From positions 2,991 through 66,990 of the forward strand of contig CBCXVT010000020.1 in assembly GCA_965178635.1 (NCBI GenBank): 64,000 nucleotides of DNA. Direction: 5' to 3'. Positions 29,153 through 40,501 of the stretch are shown piece by piece; positions within the stretch are counted from its first letter, which is position 1; every line of letters starts with the position of its first letter. This DNA is from Flavobacteriaceae bacterium (GTDB lineage Bacteria > Bacteroidota > Bacteroidia > Flavobacteriales > Flavobacteriaceae). The notes below the pieces were generated by a model that saw only the letters and a list, made by a program, of their open reading frames with translations, was not told the DNA's origin and did no database searches. A program made the position numbers and the translations under genes.

Positions 29153-30334
29153 ATGTATATGAAAATAGGACTCATACTTGCAAATCCACCTGGCTATTCT
29201 GAAACCTTTTTTAATTCAAAAATTAATGGTTTACAAGAAAATGGGGCTAATGTAACGGTGTTTGCTCAAACGTCTAATGAAGAGTTCAAGCTATGTCCTG
29301 TAAAGACGGCTCCAAAAGTATATGCCAATCCCATAAAACAGCTAATAGCAATGGGGGTAGTCTATTTAGCCTTATTACCACAACTCAGACGAATACTACG
29401 CTACATAGCTTTAGAACGTCAAGAGAAAACAGCATGGCGTCTAGTATTCAAACGCATATATTTAAATGCCCATTTACTCAAAGCAGATGCAGACTGGTTG
29501 CATTTTGGTTTCGCTACTCAAGCTTTAGGTAGTGAGACTGTGGCTAAGGCTATAGGGGCTAAAATGGCAGTGAGTTTTAGGGGGTTTGATATGGGTATTT
29601 ACCCTATTAAAAATCCAAATTGTTATGTAAGTCTATGGAAGTATGTGGATAAAGTACATACTATTTCAGACGATCTGCTTCAAAAAGCATTTAACCAAGG
29701 ATTGTCTAAATCTATCCCTATACAAAAAATTACACCAGCTATCGATACTGCCTATTTTTCGACACCCTTTAAACTTTTTACAACGATTAAAAGACCAATT
29801 CAAATTCTAACAGTTACTCGTTTACACTGGAAAAAGGGGCTGGTAGATACACTTGAAGCTTTAAAAAGAGTTACGAGGCAAGATGTAGATTTTCAGTATA
29901 CCATTGTAGGAGAAGGTAAGGAGTATGAGCGGATAGCTTATGCAGCTTATGATTTAGGTTTGTCAGATATGGTTAAGTTTGTTGGTAAAAAGAGTCGTGA
30001 AGAAATAAAAAAACTTTACAGCCAATCAGAATTATATTTGCAATATAGTATTCAGGAAGGTTTTTGTAATGCCGTATTGGAAGCACAAGCTATGGGATTA
30101 CTCTGTGTGGTTTCTGATGCTGAGGGCTTGCCAGAAAATATTGTGGATGGCAAAACGGGCTGGGTAGTTCCTAAAAATAATGTAGACAAACTAGCAGATA
30201 AGATAGTAGAGGTTGTGTCATTGTCAGATGCAGAGAAAGTAAAAATAAGTACAGCAGCTAGAAGCAGAGTAGCCGAAGAGTTTACTGTTGAAAAACAGCA
30301 ACAACAATTTGTAAAGTTTTATTCAGAGGCATAA
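29153..30334 (+). CDS. Family 4 glycosyltransferase
   Basis: EGFCNAVLEAQAMGLLCVVSDAEGLPENIVDGKTGW signature. Confidence 0.8.
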   Translation: MYMKIGLILANPPGYSETFFNSKINGLQENGANVTVFAQTSNEEFKLCPVKTAPKVYANPIKQLIAMGVVYLALLPQLRRILRYIALERQEKTAWRLVFKRIYLNAHLLKADADWLHFGFATQALGSETVAKAIGAKMAVSFRGFDMGIYPIKNPNCYVSLWKYVDKVHTISDDLLQKAFNQGLSKSIPIQKITPAIDTAYFSTPFKLFTTIKRPIQILTVTRLHWKKGLVDTLEALKRVTRQDVDFQYTIVGEGKEYERIAYAAYDLGLSDMVKFVGKKSREEIKKLYSQSELYLQYSIQEGFCNAVLEAQAMGLLCVVSDAEGLPENIVDGKTGWVVPKNNVDKLADKIVEVVSLSDAEKVKISTAARSRVAEEFTVEKQQQQFVKFYSEA

Positions 30335-30345
30335 GTTTGTTAATC

Positions 30346-31413
30346 ATGGAAAAAATAAAACTATATTATCCATACAATCACTATAATAAGGAGTACAGGT
30401 CGCATGTGTTCCCCTTATTAAAACCCTTTTTTAAACCTAAAGAGTTTACAGATCAACAACGCATAAAACTATATGGGGTATCAGAACAAGACTTTAGTTT
30501 TGTAAATGAACTTGAACATGCAACAGCGGTTATTTTACCAATGTCATGGGAGTACTACCTAATAACCAAACAAATTGATAAAGCCAAGAACCTCATAAAA
30601 ATGTCTGCACAACACAACAAAAAGGTAATATTAGTATCTGTTGGTGACTATGGCTCAGTAATTCCTAAATACGATAATGTTGAGGTACTAAGAACAAGTG
30701 GCGAAAACCTTAAGTTAGACAAAAATAATCATGGAATTCCAGTATTTATTGAAGACCCGATGCCACGCATCTACGGAAAAAATGAGATGAGTTCAAATTA
30801 TGCCGTGCAACCAATAATAGGGTTCTGTGGACAAACCAATGCGGATATCACCAATGCTATAAAAGAAACAGTCAAAGTTGCTCTAAGAAACATAGCTTAC
30901 TATGTGGGTGTTAACACAAATGCACCTCAAAAAATACAGTCAACAACATACAATAGAAGCAAGACTTTAACTGTAATTAAGAAATCAAAAAGACTGACAG
31001 CTAATATTATTGAGCGTAAACAGTATAGAGCTGGAGCGTGCAAAGAAACTGATCGTAAAAAAACAGAATTGGAGTTTTATGATAATATTGTGGGGTCTAA
31101 TTATATAATTTGCATTAGAGGAGCAGGTAATTTTTCCGTACGTTTGTATGAAACCTTAGCAATGGGTAGAATACCTGTGTTTATTAATACAGATTGTTTA
31201 GTGCCGTTACCAGACCTAATTGATTGGAAAAAACATATGGTGTGGGTTGAATTTGATCAACTACATAAACTTGAAGAAAAGATTATTGAGTTTCATAACA
31301 AGTTTACTGAAGAAGAATTCAAACAACTGCAATATGCAAACAGAGTACTTTGGAAAGATAAACTGACTTTAAAAGGTTTTTTTACATCATATTTAACAAC
31401 AAGAAGGACGTAA
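30346..31413 (+). CDS. Exostosin (GT47)-like glycosyltransferase
   Basis: FSVRLYETLAMGRIPVFINTD resembles the exostosin-family C-terminal motif. The ATG at 30346 is preferred over the track start. Confidence 0.5.
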   Translation: MEKIKLYYPYNHYNKEYRSHVFPLLKPFFKPKEFTDQQRIKLYGVSEQDFSFVNELEHATAVILPMSWEYYLITKQIDKAKNLIKMSAQHNKKVILVSVGDYGSVIPKYDNVEVLRTSGENLKLDKNNHGIPVFIEDPMPRIYGKNEMSSNYAVQPIIGFCGQTNADITNAIKETVKVALRNIAYYVGVNTNAPQKIQSTTYNRSKTLTVIKKSKRLTANIIERKQYRAGACKETDRKKTELEFYDNIVGSNYIICIRGAGNFSVRLYETLAMGRIPVFINTDCLVPLPDLIDWKKHMVWVEFDQLHKLEEKIIEFHNKFTEEEFKQLQYANRVLWKDKLTLKGFFTSYLTTRRT

Positions 31414-31416
31414 TCA

Positions 31417-32745
31417 GTGTTATTTAATTTTTTAAAATACATACAACCCACAAACTATTTTGCCCTATATAATAATCAAGGGCAATCAGTATGTCCTGTC
31501 ATAGAAACACTCCCAAACAGCATATTGCAACAGTTAGTGCCAGATACTACATATATTAGTGAGCAAGCCAAACAATATGACCTCTCTTGGCAGGCCATTC
31601 AAAAAGGATATATTGGCAATGCACCATGTTATACACAAACAAAAGCACTTCCTTTAACAGATGAATATGTGTTTATTAGAAAATATTTCAACCCACTTTG
31701 GGCAACTTATATTCTATGCATAAGGGTGTTGAGTTTTAAAAATCCGTATAAAGAAATTAGAGCTTGGTATAAGAGCAGAGGTGTACAACGAAGCGCTTAC
31801 TTAAAACACCCCATAACCGTTAAACAATGGGATAATTTTGAATCACCACTTTTAAAAGCACAGCCAAAAGTGAGTGTAGTAATCCCTACTTTAAATAGGT
31901 ATGAGTATCTTAAAGATGTCATGCACGATTTAGAACAGCAAGACTATACTAATTTTGAGGTGATTGTAGTAGACCAATCGGAACCCTTTCAAGAGGAGTT
32001 TTATGCGAAGTTTAAATTAGATATTAATCTGATACATCAAGAAGAAAAAGCCTTATGGTTGGCGAGAAATACTGCTGTCAAACAATCTAAAGGAGATTTG
32101 TTGTTACTTTTTGATGATGACAGTAGAATTGATATAGATTGGATTAGTAACCATGTCAAATGTTTAGACTTCTTTAATGCAGAAGTGTCATCTGGTGTAT
32201 CGATTTCTGTTGTAGGAGCTGAGGTGCCAGAAAATTATGCGTTTTTCAGACGATCGGATCAAATAGATACTGGTAATGTACTCATTAAAAAAGAGGTCTT
32301 TAAATCGATAGGCTTATTTGATAGGCAGTTTGAAAAGCAACGCATGGGTGACGGAGAATTTGGACTGAGAGCGCATATACATGGCATGTTAAATGTTTCA
32401 AATCCTTACGCGAAACGCCTACATTTAAAAGTTGGAACCGGAGGCTTAAGACAAATGGGAAGTTGGGACGGTTTTAGACCCAAAAAATGGTTCGGACCAC
32501 GACCTGTACCATCGGTGGTGTATTTATATAGAAACTATTTCGGAAATCACAGAACTCGATTAGCTTTGTTAAAAACGGTGCCGCCGTCCATCATGCCATA
32601 CCGATATAAAGCAAATAAAAAACTAATGCTTTTAGGTGGTATAGTTTCAGTAGTCATTTTGCCACTAATTATGATTCAGGTGCTTAAGTCGTGGACTTTA
32701 GCAAGTGAGAAATTAAAACAAGGGGCATTAATTGATAAATTGTAA
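31417..32745 (+). CDS. Family 2 glycosyltransferase with extended N-terminus
   Basis: VSVVIPTLNRYEYL...VVDQS and FDDDS motifs. GTG start as given in the track. Confidence 0.7.
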   Translation: MLFNFLKYIQPTNYFALYNNQGQSVCPVIETLPNSILQQLVPDTTYISEQAKQYDLSWQAIQKGYIGNAPCYTQTKALPLTDEYVFIRKYFNPLWATYILCIRVLSFKNPYKEIRAWYKSRGVQRSAYLKHPITVKQWDNFESPLLKAQPKVSVVIPTLNRYEYLKDVMHDLEQQDYTNFEVIVVDQSEPFQEEFYAKFKLDINLIHQEEKALWLARNTAVKQSKGDLLLLFDDDSRIDIDWISNHVKCLDFFNAEVSSGVSISVVGAEVPENYAFFRRSDQIDTGNVLIKKEVFKSIGLFDRQFEKQRMGDGEFGLRAHIHGMLNVSNPYAKRLHLKVGTGGLRQMGSWDGFRPKKWFGPRPVPSVVYLYRNYFGNHRTRLALLKTVPPSIMPYRYKANKKLMLLGGIVSVVILPLIMIQVLKSWTLASEKLKQGALIDKL

Positions 32746-32760
32746 TGGACTAATTTAGAG

Positions 32761-33294
32761 ATGAGACAACTTAACTACTTCACATATGATGTCAAGCGCA
32801 TGCTCGGTAAACACAAGATACGCATTCTGTATGTTTGGTTAAGCAGGTCGTTTTGGGGAATCTTATTATACAGAATAGAGCGAAGCTTGTTTCTAATCTT
32901 TGGAAAATGGTATAGCTATTTTAGGGTGCCGTTTGTACCATTAATTAATCTCATACAAGCCTATTCTAATATTGATATTCACTACAAAGCAGTTATAAAA
33001 GGCGGTATTTCTATTTTACATCCATCCGTAGGTATCGTAATTTCTGGCCAGAGTAGTATAGGTGAAAATTTAACGCTAACCGGTGGGAATGTAATTGGTG
33101 TGCATAAAAAATGTGAGCCTGGAACATTTGTAATAGGTGATGGTTGTACTTTAGGGGCAAACGCAACAATTATTGGGCCGTTAAAGCTTGGAGATAAGAT
33201 TACAGTAGGTGCAGCTGCATGTGTAGTAAAGGATTGTTTAAAAAAGCAGACAGTACTAATGGGTGTGCCAGCAAAACCAAAGGACGAGATATAA
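32761..33294 (+). CDS. Serine O-acetyltransferase-like hexapeptide acetyltransferase
   Basis: N-terminal helical segment followed by hexapeptide repeats. 177 aa, typical of PS-locus acetyltransferases. Confidence 0.65.
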   Translation: MRQLNYFTYDVKRMLGKHKIRILYVWLSRSFWGILLYRIERSLFLIFGKWYSYFRVPFVPLINLIQAYSNIDIHYKAVIKGGISILHPSVGIVISGQSSIGENLTLTGGNVIGVHKKCEPGTFVIGDGCTLGANATIIGPLKLGDKITVGAAACVVKDCLKKQTVLMGVPAKPKDEI

Positions 33295-33295
33295 T

Positions 33296-34360
33296 ATGAA
33301 AATAATACAAGTCATAGATAAACTAGCAGTTGGAGGCGCAGAACGTGTAGCTGTAGATTTATCGGTATTACTTTCACAAAATAAGGAGGTATCTGTCGCT
33401 TTTCTATGTTTGCTTGAACCGTCAATTCTTGACAAAGAGTTATTGGAGGCAAACATACCGGTTAATTATTTAAAACGACAAAATAAATACAACCCGTTTA
33501 CAGTATATAAACTGTATAAAATTCTTAACAACTATGACATCTGTTCATGTGCATTCTCGTCATGTGTTACGCTATGTTGGTTTGTTGTTATTTCCAATGT
33601 TTAAAAGAAAGTTTAAACTTGTTCTTCATGATCATTATGGTCAAATAGATACCGATACTTCTGTGTCAAAATATGTAAAGTTCTGTATAAAAAAATCAGC
33701 TGCTTATATAGGTGTGAGCAAGTCTTTAACTACATGGGCGGTTAAAAATCAGCTGAATGCAAAGGTAACTTTGTTAAGTAATATTGTAAGGTTACAAAAG
33801 GAGCAGATATTGAAGACGTCAAAAGGAACTCTTGTAGCCATTGGTAATTTTAGACCTCAGAAAAATTATGAGTTTTTATGCCATTTATTATCGGCGTTAC
33901 CAGAGCATATCACACTAGATATCCTATGGGAATAGTGTAGATAATGAGTATTATACTAAAATAGTAGACCTAGTGACAGAACTAAATATAACGTCACGTG
34001 TAAACATTATAGTTGGAGAGAATTCACCGCAAAAGTTACTTTGTAATTACAAATTGGCTGTACATTGTGCAGAGTCAGAAACCGGCCCTCTTGTTGCTAT
34101 TGAATATTTATCGCAAGAATTGCCAGTTATCATGTATCAAACTGGTGAAGTAGCTGAAACAATATCAGCATACTCTTCAGAATTGCTAATGAATGATTTT
34201 GAGATATCCCAATTGGGTCTCAATGATAGAACTGTTATTAACTGACAATTCAAAACGAGTTGCTTTAAGTAAATTGGGAAAGAAAATATATGAAGAGCAA
34301 TATTCAGAAGAAAATTACACTCAAAAATGTCTAGATATATACCAACATATTCTAAACTTC
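33296..34360 (+). pseudogene. Family 4 glycosyltransferase, at least 3 frameshifts (3' limit approximate)
   Basis: MKIIQVIDKLAVGGAERV start. The reading continues in other frames near 33540, 33935 and 34210, for example NNYDI then VHVHSRHVLRY after skipping one extra t. Confidence 0.7.
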
Positions 34361-34381
34361 TTAGTGGTTTCAGACACGAGT

Positions 34382-35473
34382 ATGTGTCAAGATAAAGATA
34401 ACCAATATGCATTTGGTCCTGTTGTAAAAGAGCTAGAGGCTTTAACGGCTTTTAAAACAATTGTTTGGATAGGGTTTAACCGAGGAGGTATTGGACAAAA
34501 TAAGTCTTTAGTACAACTAAAAAAAGGAAACATCAAGTTGATTTTACTGCCTTCAAGTGGAGGGCATAATGTTTTACATAAGGCCTTTGTTCTGTTGTTA
34601 TATCCTTTATATTGTTTTGTTATTTTAAAAGAAGTACTATCATCAAAATACATACATGTAAGAGCGCCTTCAAATCCAGCTGTAATAACAATGGTTTTAT
34701 CGTGGTGTTTTCCGACCAAGAAATTTTGGTTTAAATATGCAGGAAATTGGGTAGGGGAAGCGTCTTGGTTTTACAAATGTCAACGGAAGTTGCTAAAGTA
34801 TCTAGGAGCAAATTCTAAAGTAACTGTAAATGGCAATTGGGAAAATCAGTCCAAACACATTCTTGCCTTTGAAAATCCATGTTTTAAATCAAACGGATAG
34901 AATTAACGGTCAGCACATATGTGAACAAAAGAAGATGTCTGATAAAATAAATTACTGCTTTGTAGGCGGAATGAATACCAATAAAGGAGTCGATAAAATT
35001 ATCGAGGTGTTAGAGACGATGGCTAAAAATGACAAATTTGGGACGTTCCATATAGTTGGTGGAGGAGAGCTGCTTGAGCCATTACAACTTAAGGCAAAGA
35101 CATTTTCTCATAAAGTTGTATTTCATGGGTTTTTAGCTAAAGATGACATATGTGAAGTTTACGAAAAATGCCATTATATTTGTTCTGCCATCAAAAAGTG
35201 AAGGGTTTCCTAAAGTTATAGGAGAAGCAATGAACTATGGCTGTGTGCCAATTGTTTCTGATATTTCATGTATAGGGCAGTATGTACAACATAACACAAA
35301 CAGGCTTGTTAATTCATCCAATAACCACACAACAATTACAAGAGCAATTAATGACGTCACTGTTTATAGAACAAAAACAGTTTAAAACAATGATGATGTA
35401 CAATTATAATCTAGCAGAAAAATTTACATATGAATATTACGAAGAGAGAATAGTTAACGATATTTTTAATTAG
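34382..35473 (+). pseudogene. Second glycosyltransferase (GT4-like C-terminus), at least 3 frameshifts (5' limit approximate)
   Basis: The signature LPSKSEGFPKVIGEAMNYGCVPIVSDISCIGQYV sits in a separate frame from its N- and C-terminal parts. Four overlapping ORF fragments. Confidence 0.65.
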
Positions 35474-35495
35474 AATTTGTTTACTTTTGAAAAAT

Positions 35496-36866
35496 ATGAG
35501 TCAACTCAAAAATAATAATAAAGAATTGTTATTGATTGCACTACATGCTCTAATCGGGTTTGTAGTGTTTTTATTTAGACCAAGTTCGGTAGTTATTAAT
35601 TTATTAATGATGGCTATTTTGTTTGTATATATATTCAAATCAAAGCATAAAACATTTGCTATATTAGTGTCTTGTGCATATGTTTCCTCTAGCGATGTGT
35701 TTTTTAGAATGACCAAAGGGTTAGTGTTTTATGAGTTACATAAATACCTACTTATAGCTTTTGTAATCATTGGCTTTTGTTATGAATTGCATAAAACAAA
35801 AGGTGGAGTATATGTTATATACATGCTTCTGCTGTTATTTGGTATAGCTTTTACAGATTATAATATAGTAGAAAGTGCAAGGAAAATGATAGCGTTTAAT
35901 TTAGGGGGGCCAATATCCTTAGGAATGGTTGCTTTGTATTGTTATAAAAAGCAGTTGCGATTAGAGACTTTGGTAAAGGTGCTTTTTTATGCTTTGTTGC
36001 CAGTAATCTCAATGGTTATGTATTTGTTTTTATACACACCAAGTATAAAAGATTCCGTTACGGGAACGGCATCTAATTTTGCAACTTCAGGAGGTTTTGG
36101 TCCTAACCAAGTTGCAACAATATTAGGCTTAGGAATGTTTATACTAATGACACGATTAATATTAAATAAAAATAAAGGGCTCTATTTTTATATTGAATTA
36201 GGACTATTATTATTGATATCTTATCGAGGCTTAGTAACGTTTTCTAGAGGGGGGATGTTAACGGCTTTAATTGCAGTTCTGTTTTTTGTTTTATTAACCT
36301 TCGGAAAAGCAAAACAAAGTTTAAGAACTAAATTGGTAAAGATAATTTTTGTATTTGGGGTATTGGGTATAGGAGTATGGGGGTACGCATTATTTACAAC
36401 ATCAGGGTTAATAGAAAACAGGTATTCGAATAAAAATGCTTTAGGCCAAGAAAAAGAAGATGTTTCAACAGGGAGATCAAGTTTGATTATGGTTGAAATA
36501 GAGGCATTTATGGAAGAACCAGTATTTGGGATAGGAGTAGGTAAAAATAAACAATACAGGTTTGAGAAAACAGGAATTGAAGCAGCATCCCATAATGAAA
36601 TTAGTAGATTGTTAGCTGAACATGGCTCATTTGGAATTATAGCTTTTTTAATTTTATTTTTCACGCCTTTATTGTTAAGATTAGGTAATAGAAATAATAT
36701 TTATTTTTATTCATTTTTCCTATTTTGGTTTTTAACAATCAATCATTCTTCTATGCGTATAGCTTTTCCTTCATTTATATATGGTTTAGCATTGCTAGAT
36801 GTTACATATGAGACTAAAAAGAAAAAGATACCAAAGCATAGGCAACAACCAAAATTAGCGAGTTAA
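35496..36866 (+). CDS. O-antigen polymerase/ligase (Wzy-like) polytopic membrane protein
   Basis: About 10 hydrophobic segments plus a loop with ..AASHNEISRLLAEHG.. typical of the O-antigen ligase domain. Confidence 0.65.
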   Translation: MSQLKNNNKELLLIALHALIGFVVFLFRPSSVVINLLMMAILFVYIFKSKHKTFAILVSCAYVSSSDVFFRMTKGLVFYELHKYLLIAFVIIGFCYELHKTKGGVYVIYMLLLLFGIAFTDYNIVESARKMIAFNLGGPISLGMVALYCYKKQLRLETLVKVLFYALLPVISMVMYLFLYTPSIKDSVTGTASNFATSGGFGPNQVATILGLGMFILMTRLILNKNKGLYFYIELGLLLLISYRGLVTFSRGGMLTALIAVLFFVLLTFGKAKQSLRTKLVKIIFVFGVLGIGVWGYALFTTSGLIENRYSNKNALGQEKEDVSTGRSSLIMVEIEAFMEEPVFGIGVGKNKQYRFEKTGIEAASHNEISRLLAEHGSFGIIAFLILFFTPLLLRLGNRNNIYFYSFFLFWFLTINHSSMRIAFPSFIYGLALLDVTYETKKKKIPKHRQQPKLAS

Positions 36867-37873
36867 TGATTTTATATATCGGTAATAATCTATCACTTCC
36901 TAATAGCAATGTAACAACCTTACAATTGTTAACTAAATTATTAAAACAAGATGGGTATAAAGTGGTGTGTACATCATCAAAAACCAATCAAGTTTTACGA
37001 TTGATTGATATGCTTTTTAGTGTAGTTAAATACCGAAATACAATTAATTACATATTAATAGATACGTATAGTACTAGGAATTTCTATTATGCTTTTTTAT
37101 CAAGTCAATTAGCACGATTGTTAAACTTGAAATACATACCTATTCTACATGGAGGGAGTTTACCTAATAGGTTAACATCATCTCCTAAAATGTCACAAAT
37201 GTTATTTGGTAATTCCTTTAGTAACATTGCACCGTCAAACTACTTGAAGAGTGAATTTAAAAAGCACGGATATGATTCAGATTATATTCCAAATATATTA
37301 GAGCTTGCAACTTATAATTTTAAAAGAAGAACAAATTTTCATCCAAAATTATTATATGTTAGAGCGCTACATAAGCTATACAATCCGAAAATGGCTATAT
37401 ATGTTCTAGCAGAATTAAAAAAAGAATACCCCAACGCAGAATTATGTATTGTAGGCCCCGATAAGGATGGTTCGTTAAACGAATGTAAAGAGTTAGCAAT
37501 GCATTTAAAAGTGTCTGATTCTGTTATTTTTAAAGGGTTATTGCTTAAGAAGCAGTGGCACAAATTATCAGAAAACTATGACATATTTATTAATACAACT
37601 ACTGTAGATAATACTCCGATAAGTGTAATGGAAGCTATGGCTTTAGGTTTACCTGTAGTATCTACTAATGTAGGAGGGATATCTTATTTAATTAAAGATG
37701 GGGAGTCAGGGGTTTTAGTAAAACCAAATGATGTATCTGAAATGGTCTTGGCAATTAAGAATGTGATATCTAATTCATTGCATTACAGTGGTGTAGCTTT
37801 TTCTGCAAGAAAAGAAGTAGAACGGTTTGATTGGAAAGTTGTTAAGGAACTCTGGAACAGGTTACTAAAATAA
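36866..37873 (+). CDS. Family 4 glycosyltransferase
   Basis: DNTPISVMEAMALGLPVVSTNVGGISYLIKDGESG signature. Confidence 0.8.
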   Translation: MILYIGNNLSLPNSNVTTLQLLTKLLKQDGYKVVCTSSKTNQVLRLIDMLFSVVKYRNTINYILIDTYSTRNFYYAFLSSQLARLLNLKYIPILHGGSLPNRLTSSPKMSQMLFGNSFSNIAPSNYLKSEFKKHGYDSDYIPNILELATYNFKRRTNFHPKLLYVRALHKLYNPKMAIYVLAELKKEYPNAELCIVGPDKDGSLNECKELAMHLKVSDSVIFKGLLLKKQWHKLSENYDIFINTTTVDNTPISVMEAMALGLPVVSTNVGGISYLIKDGESGVLVKPNDVSEMVLAIKNVISNSLHYSGVAFSARKEVERFDWKVVKELWNRLLK

Positions 37874-37929
37874 GGGCTATTTCTTTTAGAAATATTATAT
37901 TAGCTCAAAAATAACAAGGAATATACATA

Positions 37930-39309
37930 ATGTCTGCCAAAACTAATATTCATTTTGAGTTATCAGAAAGGAAACTTTTGTTACGTATTTTAGACGTAAT
38001 ATTAGTCTTGTTTGGGTTACATTTTGTAGGAACAATATTTGATTTTGACTACTTTACAATCAGTAAAGAAAAATGGATATGGTCTATAATATTAGGATTT
38101 TATATACTCTTTTTTGGAACCATTTTTGAAATATATAATTTAAAAAAGGCAAGTAATTTTTTTAGCATCCTTAAAGGAATAGTGCTAACCTCATCAATAA
38201 CTATTTTAGTTTATTTACTTACCCCATATTTTACCCCATCATTACCAGCAAGTAGAATTCAAATACTGTTTTTCTATTTATCCATGATGTGTTCAATGAC
38301 CTTAGGAAGGTTGGCTTATATCTATTTTATTAACTCACCTAGATTTGTTAAAAATGTCATTTTAATAGCAGATGGTGATCGTGTAGAAGAAATAGAACAG
38401 AACTTATCTGCTGCAGATGTTAATTATAACATTAAATATGTTATTGATACAACTCAAAAAGGCAAAGGAATTCATGGTGAAAAAGAAGTTAATTCATCTA
38501 AATTGAAAGAAATAGTTAGTAAAGGAACTTATGAAATTGTAGTAACCAATAGCTCAAGTTTTTCATCAATAGAATTGTATAATGATTTGTTAGATGTTTT
38601 TAATCAAGGGCACATCATTAAAGAGTATTCTCAAGTATACGAAAACCTTTCAGGAAGAGTTTATGTAAACTTTAAAAATAATCAGTTATATAAACAATTT
38701 CCATTTAGTGAGCATAATGTAAAACCAGTATATAGATTAGTTCATCGTTTTTTTGATGTTGTAATAAGTTTAGTAGGACTATTGGCGCTTTTTGTGCTTG
38801 TTCCCTTTTTACTAGTTATTAACTTACTAGCTAACAAAGGTCCCCTGTTATATACACAGGAACGAGTAGGTAAAAAAGGAAAACCGTTTAAAATATTTAA
38901 ATTACGAAGTATGGTTGTAAATGCTGAAAAAGATGGAGCAGTTTGGGCAAAGAAAAACGATATGAGAATTACAGCTTTTGGTAAATTTTTGCGTAAAACA
39001 CGTTTAGATGAATTCCCACAGTTTTTGAATATCTTAAAAGGAGAAATGAGTGTTATTGGCCCAAGACCAGAACGCCCAATTTTTGTTGCTGAACTATCAA
39101 AAAAAATCCCTTTTTATCCTACAAGGCACATTATTAAACCTGGATTAACTGGTTGGGCTCAAGTAAACACAAGCTATGGAGCTTCAGTTGAAGATAGTTT
39201 AAAAAAACTACAATATGATTTATACTATATAAAACACAGAAATGTTTTTTTAGATTTAAACATAGCTATAAAAACATTAAGTACAATAATTTTTTATAGA
39301 GGACAATAA
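37930..39309 (+). CDS. Polyprenyl-phosphate sugar-1-phosphate transferase (WbaP/bacterial sugar transferase family)
   Basis: PFKIFKLRSMV...RLDEFPQFLNILKGEMSVIGPRPERP signature, with N-terminal TM segments. Confidence 0.85.
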   Translation: MSAKTNIHFELSERKLLLRILDVILVLFGLHFVGTIFDFDYFTISKEKWIWSIILGFYILFFGTIFEIYNLKKASNFFSILKGIVLTSSITILVYLLTPYFTPSLPASRIQILFFYLSMMCSMTLGRLAYIYFINSPRFVKNVILIADGDRVEEIEQNLSAADVNYNIKYVIDTTQKGKGIHGEKEVNSSKLKEIVSKGTYEIVVTNSSSFSSIELYNDLLDVFNQGHIIKEYSQVYENLSGRVYVNFKNNQLYKQFPFSEHNVKPVYRLVHRFFDVVISLVGLLALFVLVPFLLVINLLANKGPLLYTQERVGKKGKPFKIFKLRSMVVNAEKDGAVWAKKNDMRITAFGKFLRKTRLDEFPQFLNILKGEMSVIGPRPERPIFVAELSKKIPFYPTRHIIKPGLTGWAQVNTSYGASVEDSLKKLQYDLYYIKHRNVFLDLNIAIKTLSTIIFYRGQ

Positions 39310-40485
39310 TTAATTGTTTTTAAAATAGTAGTTTAAATAACAATATCTAATTAGTAAGCTTGCAAATAAAGGAGTCATTGTTAATGAGAATTCTTCTACT
39401 TTAAAGCTCCATAAAGCAGCTTGTAATGCTAATAGTGAGGCTAATAGAGCAAAATAATCACCAAACCATTTTAATTTTAGTGTTGTCTTACGTAATATAA
39501 AAAACGCAACAAATAAGTTTGGAGCAAATGCCCATAGAACATTTAAGTTGTTAGCGGTTGTGTTATGATCTGTTGCTAACCAGAGTAGCAATACTAATAC
39601 ACCAAGTAGTCCTGATGTAAATAATAAGATAAAATCTAATGCTTTTGTACGTTTTTTGTTTTTATAGTCTTTATATGTAATGTATAAAATTAAGAATGAA
39701 GCTACCAAGAAAATAAATAAAGGGCTCAAAATGAGGTTTGAAGTATGGGCTCTAGAAGTGTTTTTTTTCAATAGAATAGAACTGTCCTTGATTAGTGGGT
39801 TATTGTTAATAGACGCATTATTAAACGCTTTATAAATGTATTCTGGTAAAAACTGATACTCATTAGTAGTGGCTTTAACATCAATGACAGAACCTAAAGC
39901 TATATTAATACCAACACTACCCCAGGTATTATAAGGCACATTGTTATTTATGAGTTGCCTCATTGTGTATGCAGTGGTAATATGATCATCTTTAAAAACA
40001 ATCTGATTAGGAAATACATCTTCTAAAACTGATCTTATTTTAGTAGCGCAATTATTATAAAAGAAATCATATTTATAGGATGCATTTTCAGGTTGTGCAT
40101 TGTGTTCTAAAAAAGCGGTTAATTTTCTTTTTTGTAAAGTGCTTAAATTTAAAACCTGTTCACTAACAGCTCTATTTTCAGAGTAGTATGTCTCATAAAA
40201 ATTAGAAAACCTATTTCTACCAAGTTTATAAATCAACTTGCCTTTAGCAAAATTGGTGTAAAAATTTGGTGCATTAAAGTCAAACATTCCGTAGTTATAC
40301 ACTACGTCTAAATGATTATAATCATCTTTAACTCTAAAAGCACTATGCCCAAAAGTACTATAAAGTTCCTCGCCCGGGCCACAAGTAAGTACACTAATTT
40401 CAACAGAATCTGAATAGGTAATGTGCTGAGAAAATGAAAGTTGACTCACTAATAAAATAAAGAAGAGTAGTGTTTTAGGTATCAT
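39310..40485 (-). CDS. DUF4105-like exported/membrane protein
   Basis: Signal peptide, an ISVLTCGPGEELYSTFGHSAFRV block and C-terminal TM segments. Confidence 0.5.
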   Translation of the reverse strand: MIPKTLLFFILLVSQLSFSQHITYSDSVEISVLTCGPGEELYSTFGHSAFRVKDDYNHLDVVYNYGMFDFNAPNFYTNFAKGKLIYKLGRNRFSNFYETYYSENRAVSEQVLNLSTLQKRKLTAFLEHNAQPENASYKYDFFYNNCATKIRSVLEDVFPNQIVFKDDHITTAYTMRQLINNNVPYNTWGSVGINIALGSVIDVKATTNEYQFLPEYIYKAFNNASINNNPLIKDSSILLKKNTSRAHTSNLILSPLFIFLVASFLILYITYKDYKNKKRTKALDFILLFTSGLLGVLVLLLWLATDHNTTANNLNVLWAFAPNLFVAFFILRKTTLKLKWFGDYFALLASLLALQAALWSFKVEEFSLTMTPLFASLLIRYCYLNYYFKNN

Positions 40486-40501
40486 TTTCTATCGGTAAAA
40501 A

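Noticed and set aside
34193-34900. 235-aa ORF as a genuine fusion protein spanning two glycosyltransferases
   Set aside because: It joins the C-terminal tail of one frameshifted GT to the N-terminal half of the next. Fragments on both sides continue in other frames, so this is a by-product of the indels.
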